A stretch of 64,000 nucleotides of DNA from Deltaproteobacteria bacterium (GTDB taxonomy: Bacteria; Myxococcota_A; Polyangia; Polyangiales; Houyiibacteriaceae), in NCBI GenBank assembly GCA_034670305.1, contig JAXMNT010000024.1:32001-96000 (forward strand), read 5' to 3'. Shown here one piece after another: positions 1 through 9,752 of this stretch (position 1 is its first letter; each line of letters starts with the position of its first letter). A program made the position numbers and the translations under genes. The notes beneath the pieces are model-generated. The model saw only the letters and a program-made list of their open reading frames with translations, made no database searches and was not told the DNA's origin.

Positions 1-1154
1 ACGATGTGGTGGTACATGTCCGTGTAGATCGAGAGCGGCATCACCTGGTCGAGGTAGGCGGTGTCTTCGCGGTAGGTGATGGTGGTGCCGGGTGCGTCGA
101 AGAAGGTGGCGCCCCAGATGTCGAGGAGGACGTCGACCTCATGGGCCAGCAGGCGATGGGAGGCGGTGGTCTCCATCGGAATCGCGGGGTCGCGCATCAT
201 GCTGCAGTTGCCGCCGAACCCACTCGGCGGAACCGTGGCCGCGGCCGGGTCGATGAGCTGGGTCCGCAAGCGGCCGCGGGTGGCGGCGGCGAAGTCGCTT
301 CGTGCGACCCGGTGTTCTTCTAGGACGAACCCCGCGTCCCGGGCCGCCGGAATGGACGGGGCGTACAGGACGAACGTTTCCCCACGTTCGCGGTGGGTGA
401 CGAAGACATCGTGCACCGCGGCCGAACCGGTGTTGCGAATCACGATGTGGCGGTGGTCGGCGCGCCAGGAGGGTCCTCGCCGCAACGAGAGTGCGACGCG
501 CTCGCGGGTGTCGGCCTCGTAGAAGACGAAGCGCTCGCTCTCGCCCTGGCGGTTGACCCAGGACGCGGCTGGGAACGCGCGCAGCGCATCGACCCAAGGC
601 ACTCGGTTTGGAGGAGGTGTGTTCAGCGCGGCCGGCGTCAAGGTGAGCTCGTCCCACACGAGCTGTCGGGTCGGATCCGACGGGACGCGTGGCCCTCGGA
701 CGCCACGCATCGGGTTCAGCTGGGCGCGTTCGGCGACAAGGGTCTCGCGCGCCCGCGTGGCGGCTCGGCTGTTGGCCTGCCGGGGACTGCGCCGCGCATC
801 AACCTGCGGGTACCAGACCGAGGCACGCCCCTGGGTGAACCCGACCTCGAGGCCGATCGGAACCCGCCGGTTTCCGCTCGCGTAGAAGTGGAGCACCGGG
901 AGCAGACGAATGCCGGAGTCTGGAGGCAGGTGCCGCGTCGCGCTGGTGGACGGGCGCGAACCTCGAGCCGACCGATGGAAGTAGGGTGGCAACACCACCG
1001 GCGCCTGGGCCGGTGCGCCGCTGGCATCGAACGCTTGCACGCCCCACTCGTGCGCCCAGACGGTCTGCGCACACCAAGACGCCGCTTCGACGGGGGCCGA
1101 GGGAGATCCGGCAAGAGCCAGCATCGCAAAGACACCCACGAAGAAGAACCGCAT
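1..1154 (-). CDS. Secreted conserved hypothetical protein with HEWG motif (3' end runs off the window)
   Basis: Not in the ORF track because it has no stop inside the window. Manual translation from ATG 1154: MRFFFVGVFAMLALAGSPSAPVEA (signal peptide), then WAHEWGVQAF...LPVLHFY...ERFVFYE...EVDVLLDIWGATFF. The frame appears open to the window edge. Confidence 0.75.
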   Translation of the reverse strand, partial: MRFFFVGVFAMLALAGSPSAPVEAASWCAQTVWAHEWGVQAFDASGAPAQAPVVLPPYFHRSARGSRPSTSATRHLPPDSGIRLLPVLHFYASGNRRVPIGLEVGFTQGRASVWYPQVDARRSPRQANSRAATRARETLVAERAQLNPMRGVRGPRVPSDPTRQLVWDELTLTPAALNTPPPNRVPWVDALRAFPAASWVNRQGESERFVFYEADTRERVALSLRRGPSWRADHRHIVIRNTGSAAVHDVFVTHRERGETFVLYAPSIPAARDAGFVLEEHRVARSDFAAATRGRLRTQLIDPAAATVPPSGFGGNCSMMRDPAIPMETTASHRLLAHEVDVLLDIWGATFFDAPGTTITYREDTAYLDQVMPLSIYTDMYHHI

Positions 1155-1245
1155 GCTTCTACGACGCGCGGGCGCGCTCGATGTTCCACTGGCGGCGCGG
1201 GGAGCCCTGGACGACAAGCGCATCGACCACAGGATACGGTCCACC

Positions 1246-2646
1246 ATGGCCAAGCCTGCCCCCCCGACTTCCACCGCCAGAACTGCGACGTTCACCGCCG
1301 CGCTGCGCAGGCCGCATGGCCCACCGCCCGTCACGAAGAACCCGCTCTCGCTGCTCCAGTACATGCGCCGCATGCGCGCGGGTGCGACGACGTTGGTCGG
1401 AGCGCGTTTTGAACGCTACGGCGACCTCTACTACGCGCCGTTCCTCGGCCGGGATGTGTACGTGCTGCGGCACCCCGACCACATCAAAGAGGTGCTCGTC
1501 ACCCAGGCGTCCAAGTTCGGCAAACCCCGCAGTGGCATGACCGCGTCGCAGCTCAACCGCCTGCTCGGCGAAGGCCTGCTCAACGCCAACGGCGACTCGT
1601 GGCGTCGGCGGCGCCGGTTGATTCAGCCCGCGTTTCGACCCGACCGGCTCGCGCACTACGCCAAGACCGTGGCGCGGCTCACCGACGCGCGCATGCAACA
1701 CTGGCGACCTGGGGCGCGCCTCGACATCAGCCGCGAGATGATGGAGTTGACGCTGGCCATCGTGAGCAAGGCGCTCTTCGATCACGAGGTGTCCGGCCAG
1801 ACCGACCGGGTCGCGGTCGCGATGAACTCGTTCCGGGATTCGTTCGGCGGCCTCGAAGCCATCTTCCCGGACTGGGCACCGGTGCCGGGCAAGAAGCGCA
1901 TCCTCGCTGCGATCGCGGAGATCGATGCGATCGTCTACGGCATGATCGATCGACGCGGCGCACGCGATGCCGATGCGGAGGACGCGGGCGATCTTCTGTC
2001 GTCGCTCGTCGCCGCCCGCACGCAGGAAGACGGCCTCTCGCGGGAGGAACTGCGCGACGAGCTGCTCACGCTCTTCATCGCCGGACACGAGACCACCTCG
2101 CACGCATTGAGCTGGACGTTTCACCTGCTCGGGAAGCACCCCAAGATCGCCGAGCGGGTCCGGGAAGAAGCGACCGCACTCGGCCACGCGCCGGGCTGGG
2201 ACGATCTTCCGGCCCTCGCGTACACCAAGCAGGTCCTCGAAGAGTCCATGCGGCTGTACCCGCCGGCCTACGCGGTCCCGCGCGAAGCCATGGAGCCGGC
2301 CGAAGTCGGCGGCTTCACCATTCCGGTCGGCGCCGACGTCGTGGTCTGGGTCTACCACGCGCACCGCGATCCCCGCTGGTTCGCGGAGCCGACCCGCTTC
2401 GACCCGGGCCGCTTCGATGCGGAACGCCGCACGTCGATCCCCCAGTGCGCGTACCTTCCGTTTGGTGCCGGCCAGCGCACCTGCATCGGCAAACAGTTCG
2501 CGATGATGGAAGCGCAGCTCATCCTCGCCCGCATCGCCCAGCAGTGGCGCTTCCGACCGGACCCGAGCCACCGCGTGCAGGCCCACCTCTCGGTCACGAT
2601 GGCGCCGAAGGGCGGCCTCCCGATGTTCGCGGAGCGCGCGCATTGA
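1246..2646 (+). CDS. Cytochrome P450
   Basis: I-helix AGHETT, ExxR (EESMRLYPP), heme motif PFGAGQRTCIG. Start placed at ATG 1246 to avoid overlap with the divergent gene. Confidence 0.95.
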   Translation: MAKPAPPTSTARTATFTAALRRPHGPPPVTKNPLSLLQYMRRMRAGATTLVGARFERYGDLYYAPFLGRDVYVLRHPDHIKEVLVTQASKFGKPRSGMTASQLNRLLGEGLLNANGDSWRRRRRLIQPAFRPDRLAHYAKTVARLTDARMQHWRPGARLDISREMMELTLAIVSKALFDHEVSGQTDRVAVAMNSFRDSFGGLEAIFPDWAPVPGKKRILAAIAEIDAIVYGMIDRRGARDADAEDAGDLLSSLVAARTQEDGLSREELRDELLTLFIAGHETTSHALSWTFHLLGKHPKIAERVREEATALGHAPGWDDLPALAYTKQVLEESMRLYPPAYAVPREAMEPAEVGGFTIPVGADVVVWVYHAHRDPRWFAEPTRFDPGRFDAERRTSIPQCAYLPFGAGQRTCIGKQFAMMEAQLILARIAQQWRFRPDPSHRVQAHLSVTMAPKGGLPMFAERAH

Positions 2647-2700
2647 TCCGGGACTGCGGTCGGCAGGAATGCGCAGGCGCGAAGGGGGCGTTGTAGCCCG

Positions 2701-3333
2701 GTGCTTCATGCGCGAAATGCGGTCGGCGTGGGTTGGTTCGTCCTCTTGTGCGCGTGCAGCCACGAGTGTGGGGCGGACCCGAACGCCCCGTCGCTTTTCG
2801 ACACCGAACCGGAGGTCGAGCTCAGCGACGACTCGTGGTCGGTGGGCGCGCACCGCGTGACCCAGCGCGTCGTGCGCGAGCCGACCTGGAGAGACAACGT
2901 CTACCGGCGGGAGCTCAGGGTCTGGCTCTCGGCGGGGGAGGACCGCACCGCCCGATGGGTCGAACTCGGCCACGTACGCAGCGAACGAAACATCGGCATC
3001 GCGGAGACGACGCCGCCGGCGATCGTGGCGGGCCACCTGGCCGTCTTCGTCGCGTCGACCACGTTCGTGGTGCGCCCGGACGCGGAGGTCGTGCGGGTCG
3101 ATCCGTATGAGGTTGCCGGCTTCGAGGAGCTGACCCTGAACGGACACTACGATCTCCGTTCGCGCCGACTCTTCATCGACGGCACGCGCTGGCGCATCGA
3201 GCTCGAGAGCATCCTGCCAGGGTCGAGCAGCGGGCAGCAGCAGCAGGCCGCCTTGAACGAAGTGCCGCCGCCCATCGTCTTCGAGAGCGACGACGCCGGC
3301 GGCACCTGGCGGGTGGCGTCCGCACCGGATTGA
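2701..3333 (+). CDS. Hypothetical lipoprotein
   Basis: Hydrophobic N-terminus ending LLCAC; GC3-rich codons; fills the gap between the P450 and the tRNA. Confidence 0.65.
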   Translation: MLHARNAVGVGWFVLLCACSHECGADPNAPSLFDTEPEVELSDDSWSVGAHRVTQRVVREPTWRDNVYRRELRVWLSAGEDRTARWVELGHVRSERNIGIAETTPPAIVAGHLAVFVASTTFVVRPDAEVVRVDPYEVAGFEELTLNGHYDLRSRRLFIDGTRWRIELESILPGSSSGQQQQAALNEVPPPIVFESDDAGGTWRVASAPD

Positions 3334-3385
3334 CGCGCTCCCCCGTTGCAGCGCCGGAAACGATCGGCTACATCGGTCTCCCCAG

Positions 3386-3462
3386 GGATGCTTAGCTCAG
3401 CTGGATAGAGCGTCGGCCTCCGGAGCCGAAGGTCAGAGGTTCGAATCCTCTAGCATTCGCCA
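3386..3462 (+). tRNA. tRNA-Arg (anticodon CCG)
   Basis: Cloverleaf: acceptor GGATGCT/AGCATTC, D arm GCTC..GAGC, anticodon arm TCGGC-CTCCGGA-GCCGA, T arm AGAGG-TTCGAAT-CCTCT, encoded CCA. Confidence 0.97.
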
Positions 3463-3509
3463 ACACCCTCGCAGTTCCTGACACCCGCTCGCAGCAACCG
3501 GTCTCCCGG

Positions 3510-4157
3510 ATGGGGGCTGCGCGTGTTACCAACCGACGCGTGTCTTTGTGCTGTCCGAAGTGTGGGGCGCCGTTCGAGCTTCCGAAGTTTGATCACGGCG
3601 TGCTCGCGTGTGCGTCCTGCGGAACCTGTTCGGTGCGCACCGGCGGGGTACTGGCGGTCACGGGCGCAGCGGCGCCGCTCGCGGACGTGCACAGCCCCCT
3701 CAAGGTGGGACGGCGCGGTACGCTCGGCGGCGAACCAGCCCACGTGCTCGGGCGCACGCAGTTCGACTACGGCGACGGGCGCTGGGAGCAGTGGACGGTG
3801 CGCCTCGACGACGGCCGCACGGTGTGGGTGCAAGAAGACGAGGGCGAGCTGACCTTGCTCGACCAGCAGACGCAAGGGGAGGGGCCGCTGCCCGCCATGC
3901 GCATGGGCGGACAGGTCGCGGTGCTGGGCCAGACGCTCTTCGTCCAAGAGATCGGTGAAGCCATCGTGCACGGGGTGCGCGGCGAGGTGGATCTGGCGTG
4001 GACGCCCCGTCGCGCGCTGCACTACGCGGCTGGGTTCGTCGGCGAACGCCAAGGCATCGCGCTCTTCAGCGAAGGCGCGGTCGTGCTCGCGACCGGGCGG
4101 GCCATCGGCATCGGCGACGTGTCGTTCGGCGTCGGGCAACACGGGGCCGCCCAGTGA
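3510..4157 (+). CDS. DUF4178-like protein with N-terminal zinc ribbon
   Basis: CPKCG...CASC, then SPLKVGRRG...GRTQFDYGDGRWEQW...WVQEDEG, a pattern typical of DUF4178; first gene of the speE operon. Start may be the GTG near 3540. Confidence 0.75.
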   Translation: MGAARVTNRRVSLCCPKCGAPFELPKFDHGVLACASCGTCSVRTGGVLAVTGAAAPLADVHSPLKVGRRGTLGGEPAHVLGRTQFDYGDGRWEQWTVRLDDGRTVWVQEDEGELTLLDQQTQGEGPLPAMRMGGQVAVLGQTLFVQEIGEAIVHGVRGEVDLAWTPRRALHYAAGFVGERQGIALFSEGAVVLATGRAIGIGDVSFGVGQHGAAQ

Positions 4158-5083
4158 GCGCGCGCGATCTCCAGTGCCCGAAGTGCGGCGCGCCGCTGAA
4201 GGTCCTCGGACCGTTCTCGAAGACGATCGCGTGCGCCTACTGCGAAGCGCAGATCGATCTCACGAGCCCCGAGTTCGCGTTCTACGGCGGGCTCAAGCAG
4301 CCGCCGATCACCGCGCCGCTGAAAGTCGGCCAGACCGGCCAGTTCGGCGGCAAACAGTACGTGGTGGCCGGACACCTGCGGCTCGCCGAGCAGGACTGGT
4401 GGTGGGACGAGTTCCTGCTGCTCGCCGCCGACGGAACCTCCCGCTGGCTCCAGTACGACGACGGCACGTTCTCGTTCTACGACGGGGTCCGGCTGGAGCA
4501 TCCACTCGACCCGATGTCGATCGGCTCGACCTTCCACCTCGGCAAGGTGATGTACCGGGTGCTCGACCGCGGGCGCGCCACCGTCTCCCGCATCGAAGGC
4601 GAGCTCACCTGGAAAGCCAAGGTCGGCGATCCGATGGCGTGGATCGACGCGGTCACCCCCGACGTGGTGGGCGATCCTGCCCGGCCCAAACGGGTCGGGG
4701 TCGAGTGGTCGGTGCACGAGCTCGAACTCTTCGGCAAGACCTCCGTGACCTGGCGCGAGGTCGGCGCGGCATTCGGCATGACGGCCGCGGAACTCGAAGC
4801 CGGCTGCTACCGCTTCGACGACGACGAGGACGACGACGACGACGACGACGAAGGCATCTTCTCGAACAAGACGATGCTGATCGCGGCCGCCCTGTTGATC
4901 TTCGTGGTGCTGCTCTACGCGGCCGCCCAGTTCGGCGGCGACGGCGACGACGACTACGGACAACCCGGTGTCGCCGCGGGCGCCGGAGGTGGCGTCGGCT
5001 ACGGCGGGACCCGCAGCCGTCCCCGCACCAGCTACCGCCGCGGCGGCTACAGCCGCGGCTCAGGATTCTCGTTCGGCAAATGA
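4154..5083 (+). CDS. DUF4178-like membrane protein (zinc ribbon, acidic tract, TM helix, Gly-rich tail)
   Basis: GTGA overlap with the upstream stop; CPKCG..CAYC; WWWDEFLL...WLQYDDG; IEGELTWKAKVGD; TM segment; tail RGGYSRGSGFSFGK. Confidence 0.8.
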   Translation: MSARDLQCPKCGAPLKVLGPFSKTIACAYCEAQIDLTSPEFAFYGGLKQPPITAPLKVGQTGQFGGKQYVVAGHLRLAEQDWWWDEFLLLAADGTSRWLQYDDGTFSFYDGVRLEHPLDPMSIGSTFHLGKVMYRVLDRGRATVSRIEGELTWKAKVGDPMAWIDAVTPDVVGDPARPKRVGVEWSVHELELFGKTSVTWREVGAAFGMTAAELEAGCYRFDDDEDDDDDDDEGIFSNKTMLIAAALLIFVVLLYAAAQFGGDGDDDYGQPGVAAGAGGGVGYGGTRSRPRTSYRRGGYSRGSGFSFGK

Positions 5084-5481
5084 AAGACGACCCCATGCAT
5101 CGACCCACCCGACCGTCCACCAGTCTGCTTCGACAGCTTCGTGCGGCGCTTCCGCCCGCGGCGACCGTGCCTCTCGCGATGGCCAGCCTGGCGCTGCTGC
5201 TCACGCCCGCCTTCACCCGTGCTCAGGAAGCGGCGGAGACGGTGCACCGGGCCGGCGGCGGGTTCGGCGCGGAGGCGCTGCTCTGGGGCGTGGTGCACAC
5301 GTTCATCTACGGCATCGTCGGCATCGCGCTCGCGGCGCTTGGCACCAAGGTGTTTCAGTGGGTGATGCCGTTCTCGGTGAAGGACGAACTCGAGAAGGAT
5401 CACAACCTGAGCGTTGGCGTGGTGATGGCCGCCATGGTGCTCGGCATCTGCCTCATCGTCGCCGCGACGATCAGCAGCTAG
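5080..5481 (+). CDS. DUF350 family membrane protein
   Basis: ATGA overlap; YGIVGIALAALGTKVFQWVMPFSVKDELEKDHNLSVGVVMAAMVLGICLIVAA matches the two-TM DUF350 pattern. Confidence 0.8.
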   Translation: MKDDPMHRPTRPSTSLLRQLRAALPPAATVPLAMASLALLLTPAFTRAQEAAETVHRAGGGFGAEALLWGVVHTFIYGIVGIALAALGTKVFQWVMPFSVKDELEKDHNLSVGVVMAAMVLGICLIVAATISS

Positions 5482-5527
5482 AGCGCATGGCCGCCGACGA
5501 CCTTCGCCCTCGATCCAAGCTGGCCTG

Positions 5528-7144
5528 ATGCCCGGTCCGGCGTCGGCGCGTCGTCGACAGAAACGAGAGCGGCTGGAGTCTTGGGCGCTGCTGACCGCGG
5601 TGCTCGTCGCGTCGGTCAGCGGGATCACCTACGAGCTCTTGCTCGGCACCACCGCGTCGTTCCTGCTCGGCGACACGGTGCGCGAGTGGTCCCTCACCAT
5701 CGGCGTCTTCCTCGCCGCGATGGGACTCGGTTCGTGGCTCTCCCGTTTCGTCGCGCTGCCTGCGACGAAGGACGGTGAAGAAGAGGTCTCGACCCTCGCG
5801 CTGCTCAAGCCGCTCTTGGTCACCGAGATCGGCATGGCGCTGCTCGGCGGGTTCAGTGGGCTCGGCCTCTTCGCGGTCTACGCCTGGGCGGAGCCGATGT
5901 TCCGGCCGGTGTTCTACGTGGTCGTCGCGCTGCTCGGCGGCGGGGTCGGCCTCGAGGTGCCGCTGCTCGCCCGCGCGATCGGACGCTACGGCAACCTGCG
6001 CGAGACCCTCTCGAGCGTGTTCGGCGTGGACTACGGCGGCGCGCTGCTGGCGAGCGTGCTCTTTCCGCTCGTGCTCTACCCGACGCTCGGCGTGGCGCGG
6101 ACCGCGATGGTCGCGAGCCTCTTCAACCTCACCGGCGCGGTGTTGATCGTCGCGACGCTGCGGGTGCCCGCGGGCGGCGACTTCGGCCGCCGGGTGTACC
6201 GGCCGGGTGTGTTCGCGATCCTCTTCGCGATGGTCGCGATCGTGCTCGGGCTCGTCTTCGCGTCGGGCCTCACGCAGCGGGTCGACGACGCGCTCTTCTG
6301 GCCGGAGGAGATCGTCTACGCGGAGCAGAGCGAGTACCAGCGCCTCGCGCTCACCCGGCACCCGGAGGGCGACTCGGTGCAGCTGTACTTGAACGGGCAC
6401 CTGCAGTTCAGCTCGCGCGACGAGGTCCGCTACCACGAGTCCCTCGTGCATGTGCCGGCGGCGCTCGGAACCTCCGCGCCGCGCACCGCGCTCGTGCTCG
6501 GCGGAGGCGACGGACTCGTGGTGCGGGAGCTGCGGCTCCTCGGCGTCTCGGAGATCGTGCTCGTCGATCGCGACCCGATGGTCACCGAGCTCGCCCAGCG
6601 TCATCCGCTTCTGACGGAACTGAACGAAGGCGCGTTCGACGGGGAAGGGCTGACGGTGGTGCACGACGACGCGCTCGAGTGGCTGCGGCACACCGAGGCG
6701 CGCTTCGATCTCATCGTGCTCGATCTGCCCGACCCGTCGACGCCTGGGCTGGCGCGGCTGTACAGCGTGCAGATGTACCGGCTGGTCGCGCACGCGCTCT
6801 CGGACGAAGGCGTCGCGGTGGTGCAGGCGGGCAGCCCCTACTACGCGCGGGAGGCGTACTGGTGCATCGACGCGACGTTGCGGGCGGCGGGGCTGCACAC
6901 GCTGCCGTACCGAACCAACGTGCCCTCGTTCGGAGAGTGGGGCTTCGTCGCCGCGTCGCGCCGCCCAATCGAAGCGCCACACACGTTGCGGCTGCACGAC
7001 CTCGACTACCTGACCGAAGCGGTGTTGCCGACGTTGTTCGTGTTCCCGAACGACATGGCGCGGACGGAGCAAGCACCGCACACGCTGCTGCAGCCAACGC
7101 TGCCGGCGCTGTTCACCGAAGGCTGGCTGCGTCGAGGTTCGTAG
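5528..7144 (+). CDS. speE: Membrane-bound polyamine aminopropyltransferase (spermidine synthase)
   Basis: Multi-TM N-terminus (GITYELL, GGVGLEVPLL) plus C-terminal LYLNGHLQFSSRDEVRYHE, VLGGGDG, DLPDP and VPSFGEWGF. Confidence 0.92.
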   Translation: MPGPASARRRQKRERLESWALLTAVLVASVSGITYELLLGTTASFLLGDTVREWSLTIGVFLAAMGLGSWLSRFVALPATKDGEEEVSTLALLKPLLVTEIGMALLGGFSGLGLFAVYAWAEPMFRPVFYVVVALLGGGVGLEVPLLARAIGRYGNLRETLSSVFGVDYGGALLASVLFPLVLYPTLGVARTAMVASLFNLTGAVLIVATLRVPAGGDFGRRVYRPGVFAILFAMVAIVLGLVFASGLTQRVDDALFWPEEIVYAEQSEYQRLALTRHPEGDSVQLYLNGHLQFSSRDEVRYHESLVHVPAALGTSAPRTALVLGGGDGLVVRELRLLGVSEIVLVDRDPMVTELAQRHPLLTELNEGAFDGEGLTVVHDDALEWLRHTEARFDLIVLDLPDPSTPGLARLYSVQMYRLVAHALSDEGVAVVQAGSPYYAREAYWCIDATLRAAGLHTLPYRTNVPSFGEWGFVAASRRPIEAPHTLRLHDLDYLTEAVLPTLFVFPNDMARTEQAPHTLLQPTLPALFTEGWLRRGS

Positions 7145-7186
7145 GGCCGCGCTGGCTTGCCCGAAGGGCTCTGCCCGCACGGCAGG

Positions 7187-7350
7187 GCCCCTTGCCCCTG
7201 CCCTTGCCCTTGCCCTTGCCCTCGGTTCTGAAGCCCGAATCCGAAGCCGACCCCGAAGCCGATGCCGAAGCCGATGCCGATGCCGATGCCGATGCCGAAG
7301 CCGATGCCGATGCCGAAGCCGATGCCGAAGCCGATGCTGACGCAGATGCC
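7187..7350. repeat. Intergenic hexamer array A: (GCCCTT)n followed by (GCCGAW)n
   Basis: Directly visible 6-bp periodicity between speE and the next gene. Confidence 0.9.
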
Positions 7351-7379
7351 GCAAGGGCGCTGGTGGTAGGGTGGCGGGC

Positions 7380-7988
7380 ATGGATCTGGCGGAGCTGTTG
7401 GTCGAGCGGGCGTTTTTGGACGCGGCGGTGCTCGACGAGCTGAGGCATCGCAGCCGGGCGCAGGATCGGCCGCTGGTGGTGCTCATCGTGCAAAGCGGGA
7501 TCATCGAAGAAGAGCTGCTGGCCGAACACGCGGCGCGCGGGCTCGATACGATCTTGCTCGAGCTCGATCGCGGCGAGATGGACGAAGAGACGCTGCAGCT
7601 CTTGCCGGCGGCGATCGCGCGTCGCTACCTCGCGCTTCCGGTCGCGCCGGATCCGGACGGCAAGAGTCTGCGGGTGGCGTTTGCGGATCCCTACGACGAA
7701 GCGGCGGTCGATGCGGTTCGCACCCACACCGGGCTGCAGGTGCAGCCGCTGGTCGCGACGGTGTCGGACCTGCGCACCGCGATCGATCGCGCTTACGGCG
7801 TCGCCGCGGAAGTGACACAGCAGTTGGATCGGCTCGTCGGGCCCGCGACCGCGCCGATGCACCGGCTCGAAGACTCCGCGACGCCGGAGCAGCGGCACCA
7901 GGCCTTGCTGCTCGCGCTCATCGACGCGGGGGTCCTCACGCGAGAAGACTACGTGCAAGCGCTGCTGCGTCTCCTCGGTCGTTCGTGA
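7380..7988 (+). CDS. Stand-alone GspE/PilB N-terminal (MshEN/T2SSE_N-like) domain protein
   Basis: LLPAAIARRYLALPV...LRVAFADPYDEAAVDAVRTHTGLQVQPLVAT...AIDRAYG; no ATPase domain; C-terminal LLLALIDAGVLTREDY. Confidence 0.8.
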   Translation: MDLAELLVERAFLDAAVLDELRHRSRAQDRPLVVLIVQSGIIEEELLAEHAARGLDTILLELDRGEMDEETLQLLPAAIARRYLALPVAPDPDGKSLRVAFADPYDEAAVDAVRTHTGLQVQPLVATVSDLRTAIDRAYGVAAEVTQQLDRLVGPATAPMHRLEDSATPEQRHQALLLALIDAGVLTREDYVQALLRLLGRS

Positions 7989-8130
7989 GCACGCTCACAA
8001 AAATGCACGAAGCAGTTGGCAGGTGGCCTTCGGGTCGCGCAGGCTGAACGCACTTACACCAACGGCTGGGGCGCAGCGTTCCGGATGTCAGAGGACCCAT
8101 TTCCATCGGTTTCGTAGGCGCGTCCGCGCC

Positions 8131-8159
8131 TTGACACCCCAGGGGGTGCCCGCTAGCGT
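8131..8159 (+). promoter_or_regulatory. Sigma70-type promoter
   Basis: TTGACA-N17-TAGCGT about 60 bp upstream of a GGAGGA RBS and ATG 8219. Confidence 0.65.
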
Positions 8160-8218
8160 CCGCCCGCTCTCTCCACCGGCCTTCGGTGGGCTTTGCATGG
8201 ATGTTTGGAGGACTGGTG

Positions 8219-9730
8219 ATGAGGAAGCTGATTGGCTTGATGGCGCTGAGTGCGCTTGCCCTTGGTGGCTGTGGGGACGACGACTCGGGTGTCGTGGATG
8301 CTGGTGGCGACGTGTTGATCATGTTCGACACGGGCGATGATCCCGTCGACACCGGAACGCGACCCGACGTGCCGCGCGCCGACACCGGCGGTACCTGTGG
8401 TGACTTCGGTGCCGCGTGCACGCCCGACCGCGGCTGCGCCCGGTCGACCTACTGTCAGGACCCGCTCGCGGGCGAGATCGGCGGCGCCGCCGACCCGATC
8501 ACCAACCAGCCCCCCGGAACCTCGCTCGCGACGAGCACGTTCCCCGGCGGCTACTGCACCCCGGACGACTTCTCGGGTGCCAGCCTCAACATCTGCGACG
8601 CGGACGATCCCGACGACCCCACCTGTGGTTCGTGCGGCGAGTGTCTGAACTTCGGCCAGGACTCGGTCTGCTTGCTCAGCTGTGCGCCGAGCGCGACCGA
8701 CAACGACATCTGCCGCGACGGGTACGCCTGTCTCCTCGGTGCGGACGTCTGCCTCGGCGGTTGTGTGGCCGACCCGATGGAGATCGAATGCCGCTCGCAC
8801 CGCCGCGACACGAACGGCATCCCCGGCATCCAGACCCGCTTCGACTGCGACCCGATGTTCACCGACGGTGACCCGGCCAACTGTGGCGGCGACATGAGCA
8901 ACTTCGACGAGCTCGTGTACGACACCGAGTCCACCGCGGTCTGCAACCAGGACACCTACCGCTGCGACGAGCCCGGCACCGCCGGCGCCGAAGCCGGTGA
9001 CACCTGTCTCTACGACGACGACTGTGAAGCCGATGGCCGCTGCCTCGACGAGAGCCGCTTCGAGTGGCCCGGCGGGTACTGCTCCAAGGACGGCTGCTCG
9101 GTGGCCGGCATCGACTGCGCCGGCGACGGCGTCTGCGAAGGCCGTGGTCTGAGCACCGACGGCACCTTCACCCTCTGCCTCGAGCCCTGCACCATCACGG
9201 TCGCGGACGACGAGATGCCGGCCACGTGGCTCGGCGACACCGGCGGCTGTCGCGAAGGCTACCAGTGCTTCTGGAACGGTCGTGGCGGCGAAGGCGTCGA
9301 GGGCAACGGCTTCTGCCTCCCCGGCGACTTCAACGAAGTGACCGAAGAGAACGTCGGCGAGCCCTGCGAAGACACCGACGAATGTTGGTCCCCCTTCGGC
9401 CGCGGCCGCTGCTTCACCCCGAACACGGACGACGCCGGCGTCTTCCGCGACGGCTACTGCACGGTCAGCGACTGCGCAGCGCCCGGTGCCCCGGACAACC
9501 TCTGCGGCGAAGGCAACAGCTGTGTGACCCTCGGAACGGACTTCGACGCCTGCGTCGTGAGCTGCACCGAAGGCGACGACTGCCGCAGCGGCTACGGCTG
9601 CATCGACCTGGACGGCATGCCCGGTGGCGAAGCGATCTGCTTCCCCGGCTGTGGCGCCGACGCGGACTGCCCCGGCGCCGAGACCTGCGACATCCCCGCG
9701 GGTGAGACGCAGGGCATCTGTCGCCCCTAA
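8219..9730 (+). CDS. Cys-rich acidic lipoprotein with repeated (F/W)xxGYC modules
   Basis: Lipobox MRKLIGLMALSALALGGC; very many Cys; FPGGYC, WPGGYC and FRDGYC repeats; GGAGGA RBS. Confidence 0.85.
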   Translation: MRKLIGLMALSALALGGCGDDDSGVVDAGGDVLIMFDTGDDPVDTGTRPDVPRADTGGTCGDFGAACTPDRGCARSTYCQDPLAGEIGGAADPITNQPPGTSLATSTFPGGYCTPDDFSGASLNICDADDPDDPTCGSCGECLNFGQDSVCLLSCAPSATDNDICRDGYACLLGADVCLGGCVADPMEIECRSHRRDTNGIPGIQTRFDCDPMFTDGDPANCGGDMSNFDELVYDTESTAVCNQDTYRCDEPGTAGAEAGDTCLYDDDCEADGRCLDESRFEWPGGYCSKDGCSVAGIDCAGDGVCEGRGLSTDGTFTLCLEPCTITVADDEMPATWLGDTGGCREGYQCFWNGRGGEGVEGNGFCLPGDFNEVTEENVGEPCEDTDECWSPFGRGRCFTPNTDDAGVFRDGYCTVSDCAAPGAPDNLCGEGNSCVTLGTDFDACVVSCTEGDDCRSGYGCIDLDGMPGGEAICFPGCGADADCPGAETCDIPAGETQGICRP

Positions 9731-9752
9731 GTCGAACTCGACACTGAATGAG

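Noticed and set aside
3386-3462. tRNA as integration site of a genomic island
   Set aside because: No integrase and no duplicated tRNA 3' end seen; the GGTTCGAATCC near 29811 lies inside thiC and is a short chance match.
4815-4852. (GAC)n trinucleotide run
   Set aside because: Encodes the poly-Asp tract of the DUF4178-like protein.
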